DNA of 36,337 nucleotides from Clostridia bacterium (GTDB lineage: Bacteria; Bacillota; Clostridia; Oscillospirales; CAG-272), in NCBI GenBank assembly GCA_017436885.1, contig JAFSCG010000077.1:1-36337 (forward strand), given 5' to 3'. The notes beneath the pieces were generated by a model that worked only from the letters and a program-made list of their open reading frames with translations, was not told the origin of the DNA and ran no database searches. Both the position numbers and the translations under genes were made by a program. Below are positions 27,642-35,487 of the stretch, piece after piece. Position 1 is the stretch's first letter. Each line of letters begins with the position of its first letter.

Positions 27642-29822
27642 ATGAAAAGTAAAATTTTACTTTCCGCAATTTCCGCATTGCTCGCATTTACTGCCCTGCT
27701 CTCGTCCTGCGGGACCGTTCCCGTTGACGAGGTAACTGTACCCACGGAAACAGAGCCCCTGTTCCCCGACGATACAACGGCAGATATCCCCGAGGATAAC
27801 CACATCGTATATCCCGAGGGCGAGCTTCCCAAGCTGTATATAAACACCAACGACGGCAAGCAGGTAACAAGCAAGGATATATACAGCGCCTGCAACGTCC
27901 GTCTTGAGATGAACGGCGTGTATGAGAACTATCAGAACACCTACACCGATCAGAACGGCGGCGGGGCGCTGATACGCTGCCGCGGAAACATGACCTATAA
28001 CATCGCGGACGTAAAAAAGACCAATTCCTATTCCTATAAGCTTAAGCTGGATGCAAAGGCCGACCTTTTCGGCTTTGGCTCAAGCAAGCATTGGTATCTT
28101 ATCAACTGCTGGCGCGACACAAGCTACCTGCGCCACAAGCTTGCCTACGACCTCTCCGCCTCCCTCGGCATCGAGTACACGGACTGCACTTGGGTTTCCG
28201 TTTACTATAACGACGAATACCGCGGTCTGTATCTGATGACGGAAAGCATCCGCATAGCCGAGGACAGAATAGAAATGGAGAACTGGGAGGAGTTTGCCGA
28301 GGACGTCGCAGATGCTTACGCAACCGACAATTCCCTTGACGCAGACGACGCGTTGGTCCTTTCCGAGCTGATGGAGCATAATCTCAGCTGGCTCTCCACC
28401 GGTTACATCACGGCAAATCTGCCATCGGGCAAGCGCATAATCGACTTGAGCGTGTATTTTGACCCGGAGGAGCTGGACCTTACCTCCGGATATCTGATAG
28501 AGATATGTAACGGAATGGACACCTCAGGCTCCAAATGGAAAACGAACGCAGGATTCTTTATCGTGCTTGACAGCCCCTTCTATCTGCACTCCAACTCGGA
28601 GATGTACAACTACGTTCGCACCCTCATTCAGGATTTTGAGGACGCCATAATGTCGCCCGATTTCCATAACGCCAAGGGCAAGCATTACAGCGAATATATC
28701 GACGTGGATTCCATGGTCGATTATTGGATGGTATGGAACTTCTTCGTCAATACGGAGTTTGGTGCCCGCTCCATGTACTTCCACATCAAGGACGGCAAAA
28801 TGATCTTCGGTCCCAACTGGGACTTTGACGGAACCTCCGGCAACATTATGTCCACCACCAAAAGCGGCGGCGCATATAACAAATGGGTGCCCGACAGATC
28901 GAAAACCTGGTTTTATAACGCAATGAAGGATCCGTGGTTTACCGCAAAATGTCAGGAAAGATGGTATTCTCTCAGCGAGCTTCTTGACGACTTCATGACC
29001 TCCATGGATATATACGCAAGATACATCAAGGATGGCGCGGCACAAAGCTACGAGCGCACGGGACCGCGAAAAGAGATAGTCCGTCAGCCCGACGTCAACA
29101 ACGGTCATAGCTTTAACCCTTGGGAGGATTACGAATATCTGCGCACTTGGTTTGAGAACCGCATTATCTGGCTTGACGAGCATTTCGCAGCGCTTGACCC
29201 GAATATTGACGGCGCAGGCTACACAAGAAGCGAAAAAATCAAGACCGCTCTGACTCTTGATTCCAATACTATCGAAAAAGACCGCTCGTCAGTTTACGGT
29301 TTGAATGCCGACTATATTATCTCCACAAGCGACAGTGGAGTTATCGAGATAAAGCTGACCACCACCCACTCTAACATCGGGCATTTTGAGGTATATCTTA
29401 ATGGCACCGAATTTCTCGGCAGAGTGGAAAACACCGCCAGCGGCGGCTCCCTTCTTGTGGACACCTCAAAGCTTGACATGAGCGACGGCGCACTTAACGT
29501 TTTCTACATTATGTGCTATAAGAACACGGGCGCGTACCGCTCCATGTCCTCCGTCCTTATACGCGTAAGAAGCCTCGGAAATCCCGAAGCAATGAAGTGC
29601 ATCGTTCAGCTTGGCAATGAAATAGCACACGTAGACAGATTTGCCGAATACGCTCTCCCCGAGATAACCGAGGAGCATAACGGCTTTATCGCCGAGGGCT
29701 GGACCGACGGCAAGAACGTCTACGCTCCCGGCACCACCATCGAGATAAAGAACGACGTTCACCTCTATATTAAATGGAAGCGCACTTATATCTTCTCGAT
29801 AATGGAGTTTTTCCCACAATAA
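27642..29822 (+). CDS. CotH kinase-family lipoprotein, copy 5
   Basis: Lipobox LSSC; RGNMT, YYNDEYRGLYLMTE, GPNWDFD; C-terminal B-repeat-like domain. Confidence 0.88.
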   Translation: MKSKILLSAISALLAFTALLSSCGTVPVDEVTVPTETEPLFPDDTTADIPEDNHIVYPEGELPKLYINTNDGKQVTSKDIYSACNVRLEMNGVYENYQNTYTDQNGGGALIRCRGNMTYNIADVKKTNSYSYKLKLDAKADLFGFGSSKHWYLINCWRDTSYLRHKLAYDLSASLGIEYTDCTWVSVYYNDEYRGLYLMTESIRIAEDRIEMENWEEFAEDVADAYATDNSLDADDALVLSELMEHNLSWLSTGYITANLPSGKRIIDLSVYFDPEELDLTSGYLIEICNGMDTSGSKWKTNAGFFIVLDSPFYLHSNSEMYNYVRTLIQDFEDAIMSPDFHNAKGKHYSEYIDVDSMVDYWMVWNFFVNTEFGARSMYFHIKDGKMIFGPNWDFDGTSGNIMSTTKSGGAYNKWVPDRSKTWFYNAMKDPWFTAKCQERWYSLSELLDDFMTSMDIYARYIKDGAAQSYERTGPRKEIVRQPDVNNGHSFNPWEDYEYLRTWFENRIIWLDEHFAALDPNIDGAGYTRSEKIKTALTLDSNTIEKDRSSVYGLNADYIISTSDSGVIEIKLTTTHSNIGHFEVYLNGTEFLGRVENTASGGSLLVDTSKLDMSDGALNVFYIMCYKNTGAYRSMSSVLIRVRSLGNPEAMKCIVQLGNEIAHVDRFAEYALPEITEEHNGFIAEGWTDGKNVYAPGTTIEIKNDVHLYIKWKRTYIFSIMEFFPQ

Positions 29823-29840
29823 GCCTTATATAGCATAAAT

Positions 29841-29886
29841 AAATAGCCATGGTTTGTGCCGCCGCACAAACCATGGCTATTGTTTT
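29841..29886. terminator. Bidirectional terminator between the CotH array and spoIIIAH
   Basis: Perfect 18-bp stem AATAGCCATGGTTTGTGC-CGCC-GCACAAACCATGGCTATT with A-rich and T-rich flanks, between convergent genes. Confidence 0.88.
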
Positions 29887-30467
29887 TACATAGCTTTTTC
29901 TATTATCTTTACGTTAACGGGCTCCGTTCCCGTCTGCTCGTACACGATCTCCTTTATCTGCGCCACCTCACCGGGGAGAAGACCGTCGGTCTTTACGATA
30001 ACGTTTACCGTATTACCCGAAATAACGGCAATGCAATCGGCAAAGCCCTTGGATCTGACAAGGGTTTCGATATTCGACTCTCTCTCAATGTCCTTTGCGA
30101 TAACGGAAATATCCTCAAGTGCCTGTGTTTTTGTGGTATCGAGAGCCTCGGCAGAGGCAACTACGGTGCGAAGCACCTCTATTGCCTCATCTCTTGCGCG
30201 CTGTCTGTCCAGAGCCGTGGATGCAAAATAATTATCCAATCCCTCAGCGGAGGAATTGCTTGCCGCCACGTCGTCTGCGGTGTAGTTATCCGCCATATTT
30301 GAAGTACCGTAGGGTACGTCCGAGGCAGGAGAACCGAAGAGCAGAAAATTAAGATAGACCACGGCACCGATGCCGAACATACATAATATAAGCACAAGAT
30401 TGCGCTTTCCTACCCTTTCGGTAAATTTTTTTGCACCCGACCACAGCTTCCCAAAAAATTTTTTCAT
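29886..30467 (-). CDS. spoIIIAH: Stage III sporulation protein AH
   Basis: KRNLVL..AVVYLN TM segment, YFASTALDRQRARDE, ESNIETLVRSKGFADC, EVAQIKEIV; last gene of the spoIIIA cluster. Start set at MKKFF (SD GAGG). Confidence 0.92.
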   Translation of the reverse strand: MKKFFGKLWSGAKKFTERVGKRNLVLILCMFGIGAVVYLNFLLFGSPASDVPYGTSNMADNYTADDVAASNSSAEGLDNYFASTALDRQRARDEAIEVLRTVVASAEALDTTKTQALEDISVIAKDIERESNIETLVRSKGFADCIAVISGNTVNVIVKTDGLLPGEVAQIKEIVYEQTGTEPVNVKIIEKAM

Positions 30468-30518
30468 ATAATATCCTCGCTTCCTTTGCCGTATTGCGGC
30501 ATTCATATTTTCCGATAC

Positions 30519-30547
30519 ATCATATTCATCGACTTCTGATTATATTC
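30519..30547 (-). promoter_or_regulatory. Putative sigma-E-type internal promoter for spoIIIAH
   Basis: Minus strand GAATA-N16-AATATGAT; same architecture as the motif upstream of spoIIIAA. Confidence 0.55.
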
Positions 30548-30937
30548 CTATTTGCCCGAAACGGATATCTGTGATGCGGTAATGCCCAGTGCCGCCGATA
30601 AAAGCTCTGTCAGTTCCTTTTCTATTATCGGAACGTTGCCGCCCTTACATACCACCGCAACGCCGCAAACTCTCGGATAATGGGTGGCGCTTATGTTTCC
30701 TCGCGAGGAATATTCATATTCAAACCCCGTGGAAAACGTAAGAGCAACGCTACACTCCGACACCCCGCCAACCGAAGAGCAAAGCAACACAAGCTTCTCC
30801 TCCAGCTCCGCCGCGTATTTTTCCTCTGCGCTGACTTCTCCCTCTGTCTTTGGCGTGCCTCTGCTACCCAAAAGCATCAGCGCAATGCCGATCGCCGCCG
30901 CAAAAAATAACAACAGCAGCTTCGTTTTATCCTTCAT
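30548..30937 (-). CDS. spoIIIAG: Stage III sporulation protein AG (short form)
   Basis: N-terminal TM, YAAELEEKL..SSVGGV..VALT, PRVCGVAVVCKGG, LSAALGI...ISV; position in operon. Confidence 0.85.
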   Translation of the reverse strand: MKDKTKLLLLFFAAAIGIALMLLGSRGTPKTEGEVSAEEKYAAELEEKLVLLCSSVGGVSECSVALTFSTGFEYEYSSRGNISATHYPRVCGVAVVCKGGNVPIIEKELTELLSAALGITASQISVSGK

Positions 30938-31386
30938 CAGTCCACAAGCACCTCCACCTCACACCCAAGCAGGCTCTCCAGCTCAGTTTCTGCCTCGTGC
31001 ACGCCCCTGACAGCGTCCGTTCCCCTAAGATCCACGGTAACACGGCACAGCACTATGGCGTTTATATCCACGTCGTCCACGGTAACGCTTATTTTTGCTT
31101 CCGTCATTTCATATTTTGCGTTCAGATACTCGGAAACGCTCCTGCCTATCTCCTTTGCGCTTTGCTCCACAAGCCACTCGGCAGAGGAAAAACCGTTGTT
31201 CTCGATCTCGGGCAGCTCCGCAAAAAGCTGTACGTCAATGCCCGACACGGCAGAAAACACCACCGCAAGCATAACGAGGGAGATAACGAAGGAAACGAAT
31301 TTACCCATGCCGCCGTTGGGGCTTAACACACCAAGCAGAGAACAAAGGAGAGACGCGCCGCAAATTATGTAGATCGCATTTTTCAT
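30937..31386 (-). CDS. spoIIIAF: Stage III sporulation protein AF (short form)
   Basis: Two N-terminal TMs with LSPNGGMGKFVSFV; synteny between AE and AG. Start MKNAI overlaps the AE stop (TGATG). Confidence 0.75.
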   Translation of the reverse strand: MKNAIYIICGASLLCSLLGVLSPNGGMGKFVSFVISLVMLAVVFSAVSGIDVQLFAELPEIENNGFSSAEWLVEQSAKEIGRSVSEYLNAKYEMTEAKISVTVDDVDINAIVLCRVTVDLRGTDAVRGVHEAETELESLLGCEVEVLVD

Positions 31387-32522
31387 CACGCCACCGCCGT
31401 TTTTACAAATACGGTAACCGCAAGCAGGAACAGCACCGAGGATGCCGCCATCAGGGCACAAATAAGTCCGCAGACCGTTGCGGCACCGTCAAGCAATCTT
31501 GCCTCCGCTTGCAGGGAGCAAAGCCGTGCCGCCGCCGCGGCAAGCTCGAATGCCGTGCGGTAAAAAAGAGCAGAGATAAGGGGTGGCAGCAGCATAAGCA
31601 TCAGCACCGCACAGCTTGCCCACCCAACACCCGCTTTTATAACGGAAAGTCCCCCCGCAACCGTACGTAACGCCTCTCCCACCGCGCCGCCCACCACGGG
31701 AATAAAGCTGCCCGCCGCAAACCGCACCGTCCTCATGGCAACGCTGTCCCCTGCGGCGGCAATATGATTTCCGAAGGTGTACACCGCTGAATTTATCATC
31801 ATAAAAAACGCAATAGCGGTGGTAAAAAAGTCCTTCATTGCCTTCACTATGCCCGACATATCCATGGTACAAACAGACGCCGTAAGTATCACCGCAAGTA
31901 TGGTCCTTGCAAGGGGCAGGAGAAGATGCAGAAAAACGTTTTCTATAAGGGAGGTAAGCAAATACACGCCCGAGCTTGCATAAGCGGCGCACGCAACGTT
32001 GCCGCCCGCGGCATAAAGAGAGGTAAACAAGGGCAGAAGCCCAAGAACGAAGGCGTTTATCTCCTCTATCAGCGCCGCACCCGAATTAACGACTTTCTCC
32101 AAGGGGAAAAGCACGGCAACGCAAAAGCAAAGGGACGAGCAGAGGGTAAATGCCGAGGCAACGCCACCGCTTCTGACAGCCGCGGAAAGAGTCTTGAACA
32201 CCGCCGCCGCAACCACGAGAAAGATCAGGGAAAAGAACACCTGCAAGGGACCCGTTATCTCGTTTTTAACCGTTTTTATCAGCTCGGAGAATATAAAACG
32301 CCCGTCAAGCCCGCCTTTGCCGCCGTTTATTACCGTGTCTTTCGCCATATCCGCAACGCCGCTCATGCTCTCGGGCAATGCTTTTTCAAGCAGCTCTGCC
32401 GCCTCGCCCGTTACGTTATCCTGCCGCGGCTCATAGGTATAAGTACGTTCGGCGGCGGCAACGGGTATTGCCAAAGCAAGGGAGATATGCAGAAAAAGCA
32501 GAATTACAATTACTTTTTTCAT
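31386..32522 (-). CDS. spoIIIAE: Stage III sporulation protein AE
   Basis: Polytopic membrane protein; LLPLFTSLYAAGG, DSVAMRTVRFAAGSFIPVVGGAVGEA..IKAGVG. Confidence 0.92.
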   Translation of the reverse strand: MKKVIVILLFLHISLALAIPVAAAERTYTYEPRQDNVTGEAAELLEKALPESMSGVADMAKDTVINGGKGGLDGRFIFSELIKTVKNEITGPLQVFFSLIFLVVAAAVFKTLSAAVRSGGVASAFTLCSSLCFCVAVLFPLEKVVNSGAALIEEINAFVLGLLPLFTSLYAAGGNVACAAYASSGVYLLTSLIENVFLHLLLPLARTILAVILTASVCTMDMSGIVKAMKDFFTTAIAFFMMINSAVYTFGNHIAAAGDSVAMRTVRFAAGSFIPVVGGAVGEALRTVAGGLSVIKAGVGWASCAVLMLMLLPPLISALFYRTAFELAAAAARLCSLQAEARLLDGAATVCGLICALMAASSVLFLLAVTVFVKTAVA

Positions 32523-32737
32523 CCCGCAAGCTCCCGCGCAGCCAACAGCAGCTCCCGCGCAAGCGGAAGGGCAAGGGCCACTATCTCAAGCTTGCCCGCA
32601 AGCTCTATTTTTGAGGCTATTGCCGTTTGCCCCATATCCCTGCATATATCCGCCGCGATCTCGCACACAAACGCCACTCCAAGAGCTTTCAATATCACGG
32701 CGAAGGCATCGAGCAATGCGGGGTCAAGCAGGCTCAA
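32519..32737 (-). CDS. spoIIIAD: Stage III sporulation protein AD (C-terminal half only, 72 aa)
   Basis: ILKALGVAFVCEIAADICRDMGQTAIASKIELAGKLEI..LALP is the AD C-terminal signature. TTG start overlaps the AC stop (TTGA). Confidence 0.8.
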   Translation of the reverse strand: MSLLDPALLDAFAVILKALGVAFVCEIAADICRDMGQTAIASKIELAGKLEIVALALPLARELLLAARELAG

Positions 32738-32928
32738 AGGCCGAAGGCCGTACGAACGGCCTCAAACAGCTCGGCTATCTCGTAGACCAGCATCAACAGC
32801 ACCGTAACCACCCCCGCAAGAGTAACGAACATGGCGTGCTCGTCCCTGCCCGTTTTGGAAAGCACCTGATTTACCACACCCACAAGTATGCCCACCCCCG
32901 CTATCTTCATGATAAGTCCTATGTCCAT
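32734..32928 (-). CDS. spoIIIAC: Stage III sporulation protein AC
   Basis: MDIGLIMKIAGVGILVGVVNQVLSKTGRDEHA..TLAG..LFEAVRTAFGL. Confidence 0.95.
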   Translation of the reverse strand: MDIGLIMKIAGVGILVGVVNQVLSKTGRDEHAMFVTLAGVVTVLLMLVYEIAELFEAVRTAFGL

Positions 32929-32935
32929 TCTAACC

Positions 32936-33412
32936 TCACGCTAAAAACAGAACCGCCATAAGCGAAACGCAAAGAGATACCGCAAGGCGTGTCTTTTCCT
33001 CGGTGCTTGCGCCCTTTTCCAAGGTATCGGTGATCTTATTCAGCCTGTCTATACATTCAGAGCACCGTTCCGACTCCGCATCCACGTTGCCGCGCCCAAA
33101 GCCGTCGGCAAAGGAAAGCAGCACTTCCCTCTCCTCGTTTCCGTCAAGCAGCTTATCCATGTGCTTCCGGACGGCAAAGGGAAAGCCTTCCTTTTTTGCC
33201 CCATCGGCAAGCATACGCCCAACGGGTGATCTGCACCCCTCAAGAATATCCCAAAGAGGCAGGGCATGGCATTCCACCTGCATTTTCAGCTCGCATATCA
33301 GCTCCGTTACCGCCTTGCATCTGTTGATCCTTCTTTGCAATGCGCTACTTTTTATTTTGGAATATAATAGCGCCGCAAGCACGGTAATAGACGCGCCAAA
33401 CAGCTTCAGCAT
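32936..33412 (-). CDS. spoIIIAB: Stage III sporulation protein AB
   Basis: MLKLFGA N-terminal TM, EEREVLLSFADGFGRGNVD, C-terminal TM; synteny. Alternative GTG start at 33421. Confidence 0.82.
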   Translation of the reverse strand: MLKLFGASITVLAALLYSKIKSSALQRRINRCKAVTELICELKMQVECHALPLWDILEGCRSPVGRMLADGAKKEGFPFAVRKHMDKLLDGNEEREVLLSFADGFGRGNVDAESERCSECIDRLNKITDTLEKGASTEEKTRLAVSLCVSLMAVLFLA

Positions 33413-34317
33413 TCCGTCCACCGCCCTTCTGCATAACGCCGTATATCAAATTTCGGCGGTGCGCCGCGCTCCCGTGTGATACCGACAAGATAGGAAAACG
33501 CACCCGATGCAAAGCCGTCAAAAACGTTTTTGCGGGACAGCACCTCGGCAAAGCTCCCGCCGTGAAGGGTGGCAACAACGGGAACTCCGCAACGGGCGGC
33601 ATTGCATACCGCCGTTATATCCTCCTCTGCCAGCTCGTCCACGGCAATTATCTGGGGGGAAAGGGTGCGCAGGGCCCATTCCATTCCCGACGCGCGCTCA
33701 CAGCCGCATATAAGATCGACAAGACAGCTCTCGGGTATCCTGCCGTCGTCTATCTCTCCCCTGCAATCTATTACCGCCACGCGCATGGATAGCTCCTTGC
33801 CCGATAAGCCCACAACAAGATCGCGCAGGACCGTGGTCTTGCCAACGGCGGGCGGAGAGAACATAAGCATTCCGCCGGGGGAGCGGTGCATCAGCGCGGC
33901 AAGCCGCTTGCTTTGCCCCTCCGTGTGCACGGGGATACGGAACACCACGGAAAGCGGAACGCGCTCCCTGAGCATTTTTCCGTCCGAATAATGAACTGCC
34001 GTGTTCACGGCAACGCGCATACCGCCGCCTACGGGAACGTATCCCTCGCGCAGGTGGTGCTCGTAAGCGTAAACGGAGCCGCGGCACAGCCGCGACACAA
34101 CGTATTCCATGTCGGATGCCTCGCAAACACGCGGCACGCGCATATTCACTCTGTCAAGGGACAGGGATATCTGCATATCGCGGCGCAGGCGTATCTCGCT
34201 TATATCCGAAAGGCCGACACCACGCGCCTCTATTGCATCTCTGACCGCCAAAAACATTGCAGGCGGCAAATATTCCGCCACATGCAATACGGGCGACGGT
34301 TGAAGGTAGCTTACCGT
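33406..34317 (-). CDS. spoIIIAA: Stage III sporulation protein AA (ATPase)
   Basis: EIRLR, SVYAY..LREGY..GGMRV, SPPAVGKTTVLRDL, IDCRGEI, ALRTLSPQIIAVDEL, ATLHG. ORF track starts at TTG 34287; the SD points to an in-frame ACG at 34317 or ATT at 34320, so the start is uncertain. Confidence 0.9.
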   Translation of the reverse strand, partial: TVSYLQPSPVLHVAEYLPPAMFLAVRDAIEARGVGLSDISEIRLRRDMQISLSLDRVNMRVPRVCEASDMEYVVSRLCRGSVYAYEHHLREGYVPVGGGMRVAVNTAVHYSDGKMLRERVPLSVVFRIPVHTEGQSKRLAALMHRSPGGMLMFSPPAVGKTTVLRDLVVGLSGKELSMRVAVIDCRGEIDDGRIPESCLVDLICGCERASGMEWALRTLSPQIIAVDELAEEDITAVCNAARCGVPVVATLHGGSFAEVLSRKNVFDGFASGAFSYLVGITRERGAPPKFDIRRYAEGRWTEC

Positions 34318-34338
34318 AATATCACCTCCCGACAGTCA

Positions 34339-34367
34339 AATATATTGCTTTGGAAAGAAATATATTC
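34339..34367 (-). promoter_or_regulatory. Putative sigma-E-type promoter of the spoIIIA operon
   Basis: Minus strand GAATA-N16-AATATATT, 8 nt upstream of SD GGGAGGTGAT; resembles the sigma-E consensus ATA-N16/18-CATAcanT. Confidence 0.55.
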
Positions 34368-34393
34368 ATTTTTACGTTAATTTCGCAAATAAC

Positions 34394-34422
34394 TTGCGCT
34401 TTTTTTCCTTTTATGTTAGAAT
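34394..34422 (+). promoter_or_regulatory. Sigma-A promoter of holB-ricT
   Basis: TTGCGC-N17-TAGAAT with extended TGn. Confidence 0.65.
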
Positions 34423-34448
34423 AGCTATATATGTCTTTGGAGGTCAGC

Positions 34449-35474
34449 GTGAGTAATCTTTTTCCTCATTTATTGGGCAACGAGCATTTAAAGGAGCTTA
34501 TAGCCGCCGACATCCGTCGGGGGACCTTTTTGCACGCCTGCATCCTGGAATCGGAAAAGGGCAACGGCATAGAGGATTCGGCACTTGACATTGCCGCGGC
34601 CATAGCTTGCAAAAATAAGGAAAGCGATCTTTACAGTCTTCCCTGCGGAAGATGCCCAAGCTGTGAAAAGATCCTCAACCGCAATTGTATCGATATGATA
34701 ACGATCGATAAGGGAGACAAAGCATCTATAGGAGTTGACAGGATACGCGAGCTTAAGCAAAACACCGTGCTTTCCGCATCCGAGCTTGACTGCAAGATAT
34801 ATATGATACTTGAGGCCGACAAAATGACAGAGGAGGCGCAAAACGCCCTGCTTAAGATACTTGAGGAGCCTCCGATAGAGGAAACGTACTTTCTGCTGTG
34901 CACGGAAAACTCAGAGGCACTTCTTCCCACCGTACGAAGCCGCGCACCCGTTATGCGCCTCACCCCTCCGACAAGAAGTGTGACCGCCGCGATCATTGAA
35001 GCTGAGTTCGGCGTTGGCAGCGAGGAGGCGTACAGGGCGGCGACTGCGGCAGGCAACGGAATTGCCCTCGCACGGGAGATCATCCGCGGTACCGATGACG
35101 GTAAAGCACGCATAAAAGCATATGACCAAGCACGTGCTATCACAGAAATGTTGGCCACAAAGCGTTCAAAATCGGATATTATACTGTATATTTCCTCCCT
35201 ATCCTTAAAAAAAGAGGAGGCAACAGAGATATTGCGGTTGATTTATTCGGGACTTCGTGATATAATTGCAGTTAAAAGATGCAGGGATATCGCAACCGAT
35301 CTTTATCCAACGGCAGAGGAGGCACGCAAATATGCGGGCAGAATCACTGCACGGGGAGCAGTTGCTATCTCGGATGCGGTAAGCAATGCGCTTTCCTCAC
35401 TTGATAAAAACGCATCACCGAAAAACGTTATGCTTGCCTTTGCGGTAGAAGCGCACAACGCACTTTTCGGTTAA
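34449..35474 (+). CDS. holB: DNA polymerase III delta-prime subunit
   Basis: HACIL, zinc motif C..PCGRCPSC, SIGVDRIREL, EADKMTEEAQNALLKILEEPP, LLPTVRSR; degenerate Walker A. GTG 34449 follows SD GGAGG (alternative ATG 34431). Confidence 0.9.
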   Translation: MSNLFPHLLGNEHLKELIAADIRRGTFLHACILESEKGNGIEDSALDIAAAIACKNKESDLYSLPCGRCPSCEKILNRNCIDMITIDKGDKASIGVDRIRELKQNTVLSASELDCKIYMILEADKMTEEAQNALLKILEEPPIEETYFLLCTENSEALLPTVRSRAPVMRLTPPTRSVTAAIIEAEFGVGSEEAYRAATAAGNGIALAREIIRGTDDGKARIKAYDQARAITEMLATKRSKSDIILYISSLSLKKEEATEILRLIYSGLRDIIAVKRCRDIATDLYPTAEEARKYAGRITARGAVAISDAVSNALSSLDKNASPKNVMLAFAVEAHNALFG

Positions 35475-35487
35475 GAAAGGATAGATA

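Noticed and set aside
18970-29819. Recurrent similar antisense ORFs in the CotH array (for example 21084-21941, 23280-24398)
   Set aside because: Their mutual similarity just mirrors the paralogous sense genes; lengths and stops are not conserved.
18844-29822. CotH array as a diversity-generating retroelement, shufflon or CRISPR-like system
   Set aside because: No reverse transcriptase, recombinase or cas gene, no adenine-specific template/variable repeat pair, no inverted crossover sites and no repeat-spacer periodicity were seen.
29822-29886. Functional link between the CotH array and the adjacent spoIIIA operon
   Set aside because: Convergent orientation, strong separating terminator, sigma-A-like promoter and lipoprotein signals; adjacency alone is insufficient evidence.
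34530-34580. Degenerate Walker A (ESEKGNGI) suggesting a pseudogene
   Set aside because: Delta-prime subunits normally have a non-functional P-loop; the ORF is intact.
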